Part shown: piece after piece, positions 48,623 to 62,104 of the stretch
Layout: each line of letters begins with the position of its first letter
Position numbering within the stretch: position 1 is the stretch's first letter
Assembly (NCBI RefSeq): GCF_018977255.1
Contig: NW_024704742.1
Coordinates: 75,270,001 to 75,334,000 of the forward strand
DNA length: 64,000 bases
Reading direction: 5' to 3'
Source of the DNA: Callorhinchus milii
Lineage: Eukaryota
Notes under the pieces: generated by a model
Told to the model about the DNA's origin: nothing
The model's database searches: none
Seen by the model: the letters and a program-made list of their open reading frames with translations, nothing else
Made by a program: the position numbers and the translations under genes

Positions 48623-49505
48623 AACAGCAACAACAAAATTATATTTGTACAGCACCTTTCACATCGGGAGGACGTCCCAAGGTGCTGGACAATCAGTGCT
48701 TCGGATCCGAGCTGGAGGTCGGGAGTGGGGAGAGTGGAGGGCAAGGGGGAAGGAGGGTGACCAGAGACATGGTCGAAGTGGAGGGTCTTGCGACGGGTCT
48801 TGAAGGAGGCAACGGAGAAGGTGAGGCGGAGGGACTGCGGGATGGAGTTCCAGAGGGTGGGGGCAGAGTGGCTGAGTGCCCGCCCACCAATGGTGAGGCG
48901 GGGGACATGATGCAGGCCGGAGCCCGCAGAGCGGAGGGAGCAGGAAGGTTGGTGGGGGCTAGGAGGTCACAGACATAGAGGGGAGCAAGGCCATGGAGGG
49001 CTTTGAAGGAGAGGATCAAGATTTTGAACTGTATCCTCTGTGTGATAGGAACCCAATGGAGTCGGGCGAGGATGGGGGTGATAGGGTCATGGGAGAGGAC
49101 GTGGGCTGCAGAGTTCTGGATGATCTGCAGCCTATGGAGGGAGGAGTTGGGGTGGCCGACAAGCAGGGAGTTTGCATAGTCAAGCCTGGATGTTATGAAT
49201 GCGTGTGTGGGGGTCTTGGCAACTTGTGGTGTGAGACAGAGGTGGAACCAGGTGAAGTTTCGGAGGTGGGGGAAGCCAGAGTGGATCATGGCACGGATGT
49301 GGTGTAGGAAGGATAGTTGAAGGTCAAACAAGATGCCAGTGTTGCTGACTGGCTCAGTGAGGTGGAGTGTACATCATTGGATGGTGATGCTGTCAGTGCC
49401 TGAGGTTTGGAGGCGCTGACAGGAGCCCATTAGGAGGGTCTTGGTCTTGTTGACGTTCAACTATAGAAAGTTAGCTCTCATTCAGGACTTGATGTCTGAC
49501 TAGAC
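48623..49505 (-). mobile_element. L2 LINE 3' fragment (followed by a CR1 3' fragment at ~49510-49930)
   Basis: FDLQLSFL...[14 protein letters not shown]...LHWVPI, with an L2 tail. Confidence 0.88.
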
Positions 49506-50228
49506 ATAGTCTAGCTTTCTTTTGAATGCATCTATTGACTATCTGATTCAACACCTGCTTCATTTGGTGAGTTCCTCAATCTCACTACCCGCTGCGTGAA
49601 ATAGTTCCGCTTAACTTCTCTTATTGATCTCCTAATAACTATCTTATATTTGGGTCCACTGGTTACGAACCCCCCTACTAGTGAAAAAAGCCTACTTATG
49701 TTAACCTTATCGAACCCTTGTATAATTTTAAACGTTTCTATTAGGTCCCCACCTTATACGTCTCTTCTCTCGTGAAAAAGGACCTAACCTATCCAATCTA
49801 TCCTAGACTTAGGCTAGAGTAGTTACCTGCTATCATCCACATAATCGGCCATTGTACACTTTCCATCACTGCTGTATCCTTACCGCACGGAGACCAGAAT
49901 TGCATCACAATACTCCAATGTGTTGTTGGATTGCTTTTAAATAAACTCTCATTGCTTCCTGTATCATGCCTGTGTGATTTACATCCCAAAGTTATGTGGT
50001 CACTACAAGTGCATTGAGTTATTGATGGTTGATTACTAAGAAGTACAGTTACATAGTAAATGTGTTTATATTGTTTATACTGTCATATCTTGCAAATTAT
50101 ACAGAAATAACTATTGAAGTAAAGAAAAGTTTAACATGCACTGCTGATATTTATGCACTTATTTACATCTGATAGTGTAACACATGAACATAGTATTTTA
50201 CATTTTCTCTTTAATTCTTTCCACTTAG

Positions 50229-50434
50229 GCTATCCATCAAATTGGACAAAATTGCCGTCTCCATTGTTCGGAAGAGTTGTTGTCATGTTGGTGGATGCTT
50301 TGAGAGACGATTTTGTGTTTGGACCTAAAGGAAGAGAATTCATGCCCTACACAAGGCAACTGGTTGAAAGGGGGTCATCACATAGCTTTATAGCTAAGGC
50401 CCGGCCACCAACGGTCACTATGCCCAGAATTAAA
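50229..50434 (+). CDS. PIGG: PIGG exon 2
   Basis: cttag|GC...AAA|gtacgc, 206 bp. Translates NWTKLPSPLFGRVVVMLVDALRDDFVFG...PPTVTMPRIK (DALR metal ligand and catalytic-Thr motif of the alkaline-phosphatase superfamily). Confidence 0.96.
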
Positions 50435-50524
50435 GTACGCCTCCATAAATCTTTGCGATGAGTGTTATGTGTTGAGACACATATAGAAAATATCAGAAAA
50501 AAACAATAATAATTTGGTCACTTA

Positions 50525-51480
50525 ATACAATAACAAAATTTCATTTGTATAGCGCCTTTCACGTCGAGAGGACATCCCAAGACGCTGGACAGTCAGTGTT
50601 TCGGACTCGAGGTGGGGGTCGGGATTGCGAAGGGTGGAGGGCAGTGGGGGAAGCAGGGAGATCGAAAACACGGACGAAGAGGAGGATCTTGAGATGGGTC
50701 TTGAAGGAGGCAAGGAAGGGGTTGAGGTGGAGGGACCACGGGATGGAGTTCCAGAGGGTGGGGGCAGAATGGCAGAATCCTGTCAGCACTTTGAAACATT
50801 TCGACAAAGTAATTGTGGGAAGGGCGAGACGGGATGTGGAGTAGGCTGCAGAGGTAGGGGGAAGTAAGGCCATGGAGTGCATTGCAGGTGAAAACCAGGA
50901 TCTTGAACTGTATCCTCTGTGTGATGGGAAGCCAGTGGAATTGGGGGAGGATGGGGGTGATAGGGTCACAGCGCCTAGTGTGGGAGAGGACATGGGCTGC
51001 AGAGTTCTGAATGATCTGCAGCCTGTGGATGGAGGAGTTGGGGAGGCCGACAAGCAAGGGGTTTGCAGAATCAAGCCTGGATGTTATGAATGGGTGTATG
51101 AGAGTTTTGGCGGCCTGTGGTGTGAGACAGTGGTGGAGCCGGGTGATGTTACAGAGGTGGTGGAAGACAGAGCGGGCCATGGCACGGATGTGGTGTAGAA
51201 AGGATAGCTGAGGGTCAAACGACGCCAAGGAACGCTGAATAGGACGGAGAAAACGTTTGTGGAGCTGAAGTGGAGACGCTGTGAGAGGTACGATTTGAAC
51301 CATTCAAGGACAGATCCGTTGAGGTGAGAGGAGAGGCGGTGGATGAGGATAGAGTGGTTATTGGTGTCGAAGGCAGCAGAGAGGTCAAGGAGGATGAGGA
51401 GGCAGAAGGAGCCCTGGTCGCAGATAGATAGATTGTCATTTGTCACTTTGACCAGGGCTGTTTCTGTGCTGTGGGTGGCA
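50525..51480 (-). mobile_element. L2 LINE fragment with internal deletions
   Basis: [13 protein letters not shown]...[10 protein letters not shown] and ORF2 C-terminal remnants. Confidence 0.88.
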
Positions 51481-52826
51481 TGGCGACTATTTGTGGGACA
51501 CTGCTGTGCACAATTGGCTGTCGCGTTTCCCCACAAAATATACAGTCAATTCACTTTACAGTATGTTCAGTGAAGCGCTTTGAGATGTATAGAAGACGTG
51601 ATAAGGCTCTATAACAAATGCAAGGATTATTATTATCTCGATGCACAGAATTTAGACATTCACTTATGTTTTCTGAATGTTGATCAATTTATATTTAAGT
51701 CTTTCGAATAAGAATGGCCTTTCACAATTAATCCTTCGTGGCTGGAGCATGCATATATCCTCCAGGCATTAAGGATTTAACTTGATGACTACCAATATGA
51801 TCCAACTAGGAATACTTGCCTGTTGGTCAAATCCTTACCCCAGCAGAAAGAAAAATGAATTAAATGCCTTTGTGAAGGGAGATGCAGTAACTGGTGAGGA
51901 AAGAAGTGTTTTAATGTAATTCCTCATTCTTCCCATGTTCCCTTCCCAGCTTCCTGCACCACGACTTGTCTTCTTAGTAGAAACATTTCAGGCAAGAGTC
52001 CCAACAAGTTTGAATGCCTATGTTGTTTGCCTGTGTTGTGCATGTTTAAATCTTCATAATTAAAGTTCACGGAGTGGTTACACGGTTGTGTATATGTCCT
52101 CGGGAACAGAAGCATTATTAGGCTTTTATTCATGGGAAAATCAAAAATGTTATTAACAAACTTATTTTAGTTTCTCCCTGCTTCTTGTGCACCCTGAGTT
52201 CTATATGTCAACCTGGCTCAACTAGAAGCACTCTGACCTCTGAGTCAGAAGGTTGAGCTCATAGTCTAGGATGACACTCGTTTGCAGTGCTGAGGTGCCA
52301 CTTAGAATTGCTGTCCTTCGGATGAGATATTTAACCAAGCCTGCCTATTCAGGCCGATGTTAAAAGACCTATGGCACTATTCAGAAGAGAAGGACTTTCT
52401 CCCGATGTACAGGTCAACAATTCACCATTCACTTCATGGCTGTCTGTGGGACATTGGTGTGCACAAATTGACTGCCATGTTTGCCTAGAAAATGCAATCA
52501 CTACATTTCGCAGCAAAATCCTGTCAAACACTTCGAAACGTTTCAACAAAGTAATGAGGCAATATATCAAATGCAAAGATTATTATTTTTTATTGTTTTT
52601 TTTCTGATTCCACTGCTACCCTGTTCGTCTAGTCTATCTCTTAGAACTCTTCTATAAGAGTTGAAACGCACATTACTATAGTGTATCATGTACTTTGCTT
52701 TCCTTGATTTGGAGAAAATTGGAAAACCATTTTTACCCAATTTAAAATTGTAAAGCGACAAGCCTACACATTATCTGCAAAGGTGCTAAAAGTTTTTGTA
52801 ATTGTGAATTATGTGCATTTATGCAG

Positions 52827-53036
52827 GCGCTGGTGACTGGCAGAATTCCTGGATTTGTTGATGTCATCATGAATTTAAATTCCCCAGTCCTACTGGAAGA
52901 TAGCCTCATCTGGCAAGCAAAAGCTGCTGGGAGGAGAATGGTGTTCTACGGGGATGACACCTGGCTTCGAATGTTTCCTCATCACTTTGTAGAATATGAC
53001 GGAACTACCTCTTTCTTTGTGTCTGACTACACCGAG
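52827..53036 (+). CDS. PIGG: PIGG exon 3
   Basis: tgcag|GCG...GAG|gtaatc, 210 bp. Translates ALVTGRIPGFVDVIMNL...FYGDDTWLRMFP...SFFVSDYTE. Confidence 0.96.
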
Positions 53037-53969
53037 GTAATCATGATTTTGACAAATGACTATATCATGTAGTTTGCTTTTCTTACTCCCAACTTTGTTA
53101 CCTCCTAGGATAGTGTGGGCCTCAAACCTCTCCAACCATTGGTGGTGAGAGGTGACATTAACTGATTAAGTATCTGAAGAAGCTCTGATTCTTCACGGTA
53201 GGACTAGGCTACCATTTGAGCCTTGAAATGGAAGCAACCCAACAAAATGACTTCTGTATCAGGAGTGCCAGCCTAGACTGTGAGTTCAAAGTCCTGACCT
53301 GAGCTTGAACCCACAATCTTCTGAAACAAAGGTGAGGGGGCTACAGCAGTGTTGGAGCGCGCTTTCAATGGCTCCTGGAGCTCGAGGCTCTTGTACTGTC
53401 AGCCTGCACTCCTACTCTCAGCACTTGTGTCAGCCTGACTACCAACTAAGATGTGAGGTGTGGCTACAGGAAAAAAGTAAAACATATCAGTAGTAGTTCA
53501 TCTTTATTCTTGCCTGAAGGAAATCAGACTGACTGACATTGATTGACTGGCTGAAGTTGTTATGAATCTTCAGGGTAGGACTAGGTTACTAATTGAGCCT
53601 TGAAATTAGAGAAACCGAAGGAAGACAGACTAAATGAGATTGGACTTCGGTAAGAGATGTAGTCTTCAAGTGGCTCTCGAGTAACATTCAAAACAAAGCA
53701 TGGCAGAGGATAGAGTTCAAAATCCTCATCCTCACCCTCAAAGCCCTCTATGGCCTTGCTACTTCCAACCTCTGTGACCTGCTAACACTATATAACCTGT
53801 CGGCTCCCTCCGCTCAGCAGGCACCAGCCTGCTTCATGTCCTCAGCTCCACCGTCAGTGGTCAAGCCTTCAGCCTCTCTGTCCCCACCCTTTGAAACTCC
53901 ATCCAACAGTCCCTTCACCTCACTTGCCTCCTTCAAGACACGTCTCGACCCTCTATTTCGACTGCTTTC

Positions 53970-55073
53970 GACTATTCCGCAGACATGGAGTTAACTTCCA
54001 CATGTATGCGGATGACACCCAACTCTACCTTTCCTCCTCTACTCTCAACTCCACGACCACCGATATCCTGACAGACTGCCTGTCTGACATCGAGTCCTGG
54101 ACGAGAGACAACTTTCTTCAGCTCAACGTGCGAAAAACCGAGGCCCTCCTGATTGGCTCACGTCAGCGCCTCTGCACCTCAGGCGCTGACACCATCAGCA
54201 TCCAAGGCTGCACTCTCCACCTCTCAAAGCCAGTCAGGAACCTCGGCGTTTTGTTCGACCCTGAGCTGTCCTTTCTCCCTCACATCCGCACCACAACTGG
54301 CACCGCCTTCCATCACCTCCGGAACATCGCCAGACTACGGCACTACCTCACCCCTCACGCTGCTGAAACCCTGGTTCACGCCTTTGTCACCTCAAGGCTG
54401 GACTATGGGAACTCTCTCCTCGCCGGCCTTCCCGCCACCTCCCTCCACACTGCAGGTCATTCAGAACTCTGCAGCTCGTGTACTGTCCCGCACCAGGCTT
54501 CGCGACCACATCACTCCCACCCTCGCTCGCCTCCACTGGCTCCCCATCCCCCAGAGGATTGATTTCAAGATCCTCATCCTCACCTACAAGGCCATTCACG
54601 GCCTCGCTCCCTCCTACCTCTCCAACCTACTATCCCCTTACCTACCTGCCCGTACCCTCCGTTCCTCTGGCTCCGGTCTGCTCCACGTCCCCCACCCCAA
54701 CCGCCCTACCATCGGTGGTCGGGCCTTCAGCCTCTCAGCCCCTAGGCTCTGGAACTCCATCCCCCAGTGCCTTCACCGCTTCCTCCCTTTCCTCCTTCAA
54801 GGCCGGTCTCAAAACCTTTCTCTTTGACCGTGCCTTCAGCTCCCCTCTCGACTCTCTTCCCCCTCCTCGCTCCCTCCCTTCGCTCCCCTCACCCTGACCA
54901 TTTCCCCCCTCCTCGCTCCCTCCCTTCCCTCCCCTCACCCTGATCATTTCCCCCCTCCTCGCTCCCTCCCCTCACCATTTCCCCCCTGCTCGGGTCATGA
55001 CCCAACTGTGCAGCGCCTTGGGACGTCCTCCTGACGTGAAAGGCGCTTTATAAATGGAATCTTGTTGTTGTTG
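53970..55073 (+). mobile_element. Young 5'-truncated L2 LINE
   Basis: Intact HMYADDTQLY motif, few disruptions, tail GCGCCTTGGGACGTCC...GTGAAAGGCGC...(TTG)n. Very similar to 29858-30289. Confidence 0.93.
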
Positions 55074-55340
55074 CTTTTATCCATGATCCCATCCCTGCCC
55101 TCCACCCTTCTTGATCCCAACCCCCTCTCAGGTCCAAATCACTGATTTGGGATGTCCTCCCAATGTGAAAGGCTCTATACAATGTAATTTGTTGTTGTAA
55201 GAATGTGTTTATCTTTCTAGTCATAGAGGCTTTTTAGAGAAAAGGTTTGCATTGCTCTGATTTGCCACCACATACAATTAATTTCATATTGCACATTTAT
55301 TTATTTTCCTTATTTAGCTAATATTTTTTCCCCCAAATAG

Positions 55341-55529
55341 GTTGACATTAATGTAACCAGGCACTTGGATAAAGCACTGAAACGAAATGACTGGGATTTA
55401 CTAATTTTGCATTACCTCGGATTAGATCACATAGGCCATCTGGCTGGACCAGATAGTCATCTGATTGGACCAAAGCTGAGGGAAATGGATGATGTTCTTA
55501 AAAAGATTAATACAGCCTTATTATCCAAG
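55341..55529 (+). CDS. PIGG: PIGG exon 4
   Basis: aatag|GTT...AAG|gtatgt, 189 bp. Translates VDINVTRHL...DWDLLILHYLGLDHIGH...KLREMDDVL. Confidence 0.96.
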
Positions 55530-56094
55530 GTATGTAATCACCCTATATAATGCTTGAACACAAACTTGGATTACCCCTATGTCTAATTTGTAGAAATTTT
55601 CAGCAATTGAAATGTTTTGTTGTGAAAGGATCAATGGAAGAATATGTTGTTGGTTGAGTTGAGCTTTTAAATAAATCTCCTTCAGGTCTGAAAATAAATA
55701 TTCACGTTGAGCTGTTCATGCTCATTTTATAGTAAATAGATATTAATTCTTAATCATTTGCATTTTAGCTAATTCAGCAATAGTTATACTAAAAACCTTG
55801 CCAACAAAGGCCATGACTTATAAACTTTGTTGGTAAGATTTATTTGCTTTTGATTGTTCTGATGTAGAGTCCATCTTCTTACTTTATTTCAGATCATAGA
55901 AACAGCAATAGACTGTTTGGCAGCCTAATCCTTGATTTTCTTAGATCATGCTGATCTGTAGCTCAGCACTATTTATAATGCTTTTTCTCCATACTCCTGA
56001 TACCCTTACTAGCTAAGTGTTTACCTACTTCTTAAATATTTCCATTTGTTTTAGCTATTATAGCAATTACAGTGATTCAATGAAATACGACGAT

Positions 56095-56810
56095 AAAACA
56101 ACAAAATTATATTTGTATAGCACCTTTCACGTCGGAAGGATGTCCCAAGGTGCCGGACAATCAGTGTTTTGGACCCGAGCTGGGGGTCGGGATTGGGGAG
56201 CGTGGAGGGTAGCCAAAGGCACTGTCGTGGGGGCAGAGTGGCTGGAGGCTTGACCGCCAATGGTGGGGCGGGCCAAGTGGAGGGCGTGGAGCAGGCCGGA
56301 GGGAGGGAAGGTGGGAGCGACCAGGTTGGTAGGGGGTTAGGAGGTCACAGAGGTAGGAGTGGAGCAAAGCCATGGAGGGCTTTGAAAGTGAGGACCAGGA
56401 TCTTGAATTGTATCCTCCTGTGCGATGGGAAGCCAGTGGAGTCGGGGGTGATAGGGTCACAGAGCCTTGTGCGGGAGAGAACATGAGCTGCAGAGTTCTG
56501 GATGATTTGCAGCCTATGGAGGGAGGAGTTGCGGGGCCGACAAGCAGGGAGTTGGCATAGTCAAGCCTGCATGTAATGAAAGCATGTATGAGGGTGAGGC
56601 AATGTTGCGGGGGTGGGGGAAGGCAGAGCGGGTCATGGCTTGGGTATGGGGGAGAAAGGACAGTTGAGGGTCGAACCAGATGCCCAGGTTCCTGACTGAC
56701 TTGGTGAGGTGGAGTGTGCATCCGTGGATGCTGATGCTGCCAGTGCCTAAGGTGCTGAGGCACTGGCGCGAACCAATCAGGAGAGCGTCGGTCTTGTTGA
56801 CGTTCAACTG
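56095..56810 (-). mobile_element. L2 LINE 3' fragment
   Basis: [15 protein letters not shown]...VRNLGIWFD and an L2 tail. Confidence 0.85.
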
Positions 56811-57421
56811 TAAAGTATTGAGTACATTTAAAATCCAAATGAAAAAAGAATGCAAGTTGCTTTATCTGCAAAACAATAACTGTTTTCTGTTTGCCCACAG
56901 AACACACAGTTACTGCATTTTAAAATATATACTGTAGAAGTGCTTTGGTAAGTCCTCCCGACTTGTTACGAGGCTATATCAAATGTAAGGATTATTATCA
57001 AGTGCCAGCAAAGTGCTCTTTGGTGAGACGACAGAGCTGAAATAGTGTGAACATTGTTTGGCAAAACAGAGCTTTATTGAAAATCAACTTGTCTTTTATC
57101 CTTCAAACTGGACCTGTTTTTTAATGACTCACTGATCATTCGAAATAGTCTCTGTTGTTCACAACTCTGAAACACTCATTAGAATTCTCTTCCTCTTCCA
57201 CACGTCCTCCGGTCTAGTGAACATTTTTAGCATACAGTGTTGAACTGGTTGCTCGGAATCCAATTTCTGGGTACTTTGCTATTTTTTATTGTTTCCATAA
57301 AGTCTATTACAGGACATTCTTTCCTTTCAGTGACACTGAAACCGTGAAATTGCAAGCTGACATTTTCTATCAAAATTTAAACCTACGTTGTTGTGTTGTG
57401 TTTTCTTATGGTTATTTCCAG

Positions 57422-57560
57422 GAAGATGAAACATCTTTGCCTAGTTTATTGATACTCTGTGGGGATCATGGCATGTCAGACACAGGGAATCATGGCGGAT
57501 CTTCAAATCATGAAATGCACACTCCATTAGTTCTCATCAGCTCTGCTTTCAGAAACAAAG
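57422..57560 (+). CDS. PIGG: PIGG exon 5
   Basis: ttccag|GAA...AAAG|gtgagg, 139 bp. Translates LLILCGDHGMSDTGNHGGSS (GDHGM motif). Confidence 0.95.
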
Positions 57561-58351
57561 GTGAGGACTAGAGTGGAAGAAGATACTACTGGAGTTTTAG
57601 TATTGTTTATATTTATTTTGTAGCAATGGCAATTAATAGATTTTTAACCACAAACATTTCAGTCTCCGATTTGAACCTTGGATTATCCAATCCACAGTAT
57701 TCCTTGCACAGTTTTAAAAAAAATTCCATTTGTATAAACCTTTCACTTAGATAGTCTCACAGAATGCTGCACTATTATCACGTGCTTTGTTACAGCACTG
57801 ATTTGATTATTGTGTAAATAGTATATGGACCCTGCTAAAAATGGCCAACTTGCAGGTCATTTGGTCGTCCCTGACTATACTTCCTTTGTGGGTTTTGCAT
57901 TCCAGTGGCAACTTGATGACCAGGAAGTGATGTAGAATGCAGGTTTCCATTCAAAATAAGTTGTCGTTGTACTATTAATAGGCAGCAAAGTTTTAGAAAT
58001 TTCTTATCGGTTTGAGCTATATGTCCTTATCACATTTAGGATTGATACAGTTCAGCAAAAAAAGATGGAAATGAACAAAAATCAATTTCAGTGAAAATAT
58101 GTACACTATTATTTCAAAACCATAGCATTCATATTTGTTCACAAAGAATTCTGTTCCCTTTACTACATTCCCTTTACTACTTTTATTCCTGAATGCAAAC
58201 AGTTGCAGAACACAAGTATCAAAATTTGATGGACAGCAGAATCTACTGAACAAGGAAATAAGCTATTTACATAAAATTGATTGCATTTGTGTTAACTATT
58301 AGAATCTTGGAAAAACATTGAAACATGTTTTGAAACTGATCTAACTTCTAG

Positions 58352-58564
58352 ATTCCTTTGCTGCTCCTGAACACGTGGAGCAGACAGACCTGGCTCCAAC
58401 CCTGGCTTTAGGAATTAGTTTGCCAATTTCGCGGAATAATTTGGGTTGCATTATTCTTCCTGTCTTTGAGGAAACGTCTCTAAGGGAACAGCTACGATAC
58501 TTGCACATTAATGGATACCAGCTTAGTTCGCTGCTCCAAGAGTGTGTTCCTGCAATTGAAAAAG
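58352..58564 (+). CDS. PIGG: PIGG exon 6
   Basis: ttctag|AT...AAAG|gtaagg, 213 bp. Translates VEQTDLAPTLALGISLPISRNNLG... Confidence 0.95.
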
Positions 58565-59336
58565 GTAAGGCTAAGCTACACCACGTTTATAGCAGAGTAT
58601 AATGACAGAGATCATCTTCAAATATTAGCCATGAATCAAGGAAAGACGTCATTAGAAATTCTGAAGATCAGCAGAGATTGTTGTTATTCAGACTCCATTG
58701 GAACATAAGTTGACCTGTTTCACCATTCTTAAATATTTGTTAGCAAAGTTTTTTTTATTTTGCTGTAGTTGCCAGCTCCAAATAACTTCTTACAGCAGAG
58801 ATGCATTTGAAAAAGCTTTTCCTCATTTGCCTTTTATTCCCCTTTTCCATCTATCCATCTTTTCTCTCTGTCTTCTATGTTCCTTTCCATCTTATCTCTT
58901 TGGCTCTCTATCCCCTCGCCTTTTCTTCCTCACCCTGTGATACCCTCATAGATTTTTCCGTTTTCTTGCTCACATTTTCTCACGGCTTGTTTTCATAGAC
59001 ACGCACTCTTCCTCACAAACTTGCTTCTTCCTGCTGCATTGGCTTTCTTGTGCCTCAGGCTTGTTTTTATCTCTACTTCTAATTGCTCAATTGTCCTCTT
59101 TTTGGGCAATTTGTATTTTTAACAGTACGATTATAGTAACAATAATAGCAATGACAGCTATTTATCACTGAGAATATGTCCATCCAACTGCAAAACGATT
59201 ATCTTATTTTAAGAACGTAAAATAGCTTGGCAGATTTTATCTGACACAAACGTGTTTCACAATTGGAAGTAGAGTATCGTCTTTCATGTATTGTGGTTCC
59301 TCCAGCTCTTGAATCGCTATATTTACCTATCTCTAG

Positions 59337-59554
59337 ATGCTGGATACAAACTATTCAAAACAGCACAAAAATCACATGGTTCCTGGATTAAACTTCACTT
59401 GGAAGGTAATACTTCAGAAATCCTTGCAAACCTGGGAAGGAAGGCACTGAAGCAGTATTTGGATGCCTTGAAGGTCTTGAGTTCCTCACTTTCCAATATC
59501 CTGGCACAGTATGATATGTACTCAATGATTGTAGGAACAGTCGTTGTGCTGGAG
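59337..59554 (+). CDS. PIGG: PIGG exon 7
   Basis: ctctag|AT...GAG|gtagga, 218 bp. Translates DAGYKLFKTAQKSHGSWIKLHLEGN...QYDMYSMIVGTVVVLE. Confidence 0.93.
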
Positions 59555-60386
59555 GTAGGAGCTATTGCACGTAATATCCCTTCTCTCCCAACCCCAATAT
59601 TGCACATTGTGACATTTACAGTTTTGTTATGTAGAAAGATGATCCAGTGAGGGAGGTGAGTGTTGCAAGAGTGTAGAAATAATAAAAACATTCAGATAAT
59701 CTGAAGTGCTCACTCCTGGTCGAGATCACAGAAGCAGTGGTATAAATCGTGAGAAGTATTATTTGCATGTTTGTTTCCCAATTTGTTATGTGGATTTTTT
59801 TGTTGCTATGATCAAAGTTAAGGATGTAAAAGATGGGAAATGAAACACTTTTCCAACTTTCGCCACCTACAGCCCCACGTTAGAACTTTGAGCTCACGGG
59901 CTAGACTGATACTCCAGATCAGTTCTGGGAGAGCCCTACTTTAAAATGAGACATTAAACCCTTCAAAATAATAATAATTTTGTCACTCAATCCACAACAC
60001 TTTGTGGGACTCTGCTGTGCGTAATTGGCTGCTGAGTTTCGTCCATAAAATATGCAGACAATTTACGGTATATTCTGTGAAGCGCTTTGAGATGTCTCAA
60101 CAACGTAATAAGGAGCTATATCAAATGGATTATTATTATTGCTTTATGTAAATTGTTTGCTGTGTTCACCTTCAGATATGCTGTCAGTACACTTCCCACA
60201 AAATTCTGCAGGCTTTGAGGCATTTTGTTGTTACTCAAATACAACAATTATATAATTGTTATCCATAGTAGGCATGGTCCTGTCTAATTTTGGCTGAGTA
60301 ATGTATGATTTTGATGCAACTAATTGCATCCTTGTCTAAATATTTGATGAACTGTTAAACCTAACAAATGTTTGTTTCCATTTTAG

Positions 60387-60668
60387 GTTATTTTCCTTCT
60401 GCTAATAAGTATTCCAGAGGCATTATCAAACACAGGAGAATTTGAAGTGCCTTTGTCATCTCCATTCGTTTCCCTGCTGTTTTACCTTCTCTGCCTCGTG
60501 TTCTCAGCTATTCACGTCATTGTATGCACATCAGTAGACACGTCTTGCTATTTCTGTAATGTCTCCTGGCTGATGGCTGCAGCAGTGATTGTATTGATAT
60601 CGGCACTACAGTGCGTACTCCTGTCAAGTCTTTGGAACAGATTTACTAATGGGAAGCCTCAGCAAAAG
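60387..60668 (+). CDS. PIGG: PIGG exon 8
   Basis: ttttag|GTT...AAG|gtgaga, 282 bp. Hydrophobic TM segments including VPLSSP...SAIHVIVCTS...SCYFC. Confidence 0.92.
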
Positions 60669-62104
60669 GTGAGAGGCATTAAACCAATGTCCTGTCTGCC
60701 TGTTAAAGATCCCATGGCACTATTTATTTTGTAAAATCAAATATATGTTGTAGGGTAAAATATTGAAAGGCCAAGGGGCTTGCGAAACTTTTCTAGTTTC
60801 ATTTGCTTTATGACTCATTTGTTTGAGTCAAAGTTTTGTTTTAATCTATAACCAAAGTATAGGAAGCAAATAGGATAGTCTTAAGACTTGAGTCAACATC
60901 CAGTATTTTATTCTCTTTTCTCTTCCCCCCCACCCTCCATTATATGTCTTCCAGAAGCGAAGTGCAAATGTTGTTTAAGTATTGCCTGTCTGGTTGTAGA
61001 CCACCTTTTCAATACATTGCCTCGTATTTTGAACAGAGGTAAAANGGCAATTTGAGTTTCCTGCCTCAGTTCTAGGGTCGGTTAGCATTGCAACATTCCT
61101 CGTTAATTAAAAGCGATCACTGTAGTTGCCTCTTAAGTTGGAGATTGAATATTTGGTTAATAACCAAGAGGTTGGTTATCCTTCCTCTGCACAGATAGCA
61201 TAAATATTGTAAAGTGTGAAACAGTAGACAGGCAGTGATTTGCATTCAGTCCTGCACATCAGCAGTCATTGGATTAAAACCACTCTTAAGTCTTGTCAGG
61301 CTGAAAACATAACTTTCAGATGAGATGTTAAACCAAGGTCCCGGCTACCTGTCCAGGTGGATGTTAAAGATCCCATGGCACTATTCGAAACGAGAAGGAA
61401 GTTTCTCTCTTCTCCCGAACAATCCACAAATATAAAAAATGGTCTCTCACTCCATGAATATTTACAGGACATTGCTTTGTGCAAATTGGTTTTCACATTC
61501 GCTTAGTAATGCACAGTAATGCTTAGTTTGGGTAAAGGCAAAGCTAGCCACTAATAGTTTTGCAAGACATTGGGTCTAATTTGCAGCATTTCCTAGCTTT
61601 GTAACCAATTCTATTAGAATTCCCATTGCTTGCAGGAATTCCACACTATGAGTAGATTGTGTTGAAGCAGCATTGTCATACCTGTGCATTAGCATAGTGG
61701 AAGAAGTCCTAAATTGTAGAGTTATTTAATTATTGAGGATTCCTCTTAAAGCATAGCAATGTAGACACCATGAAGTGCCTCTGGTGACAGCATTGTGGAT
61801 TTGTTATGCTTTATATGCTCATTACCTTCCTGGATTTCACAATTATTTTGGTAAAAACAAAAAATCCATCTAACTGTAGCCTCAGTGCTAGTGGATTTAA
61901 TTGCATTAGTTTACATATGATATCTGCAATTTTGTATCACGCAATCAGTTACAATTCAATACTCTCCTATAAAGAATTATAAATGTATATCCTAAATATC
62001 CTAAATCTTAGTGAAAACATGTATTCCCTCCAATGTAATTTTCTCTGGGGTTTCTGTAACATTGGAAATAATTGGGGCATTGTTATTTGTTCTTTCCCCA
62101 GCAG

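Noticed and set aside
53891..54827. Overlapping 223/224-aa RT-like ORFs as a domesticated gene
   Set aside because: A frameshifted, 5'-truncated L2 copy with an intact retrotransposon tail.
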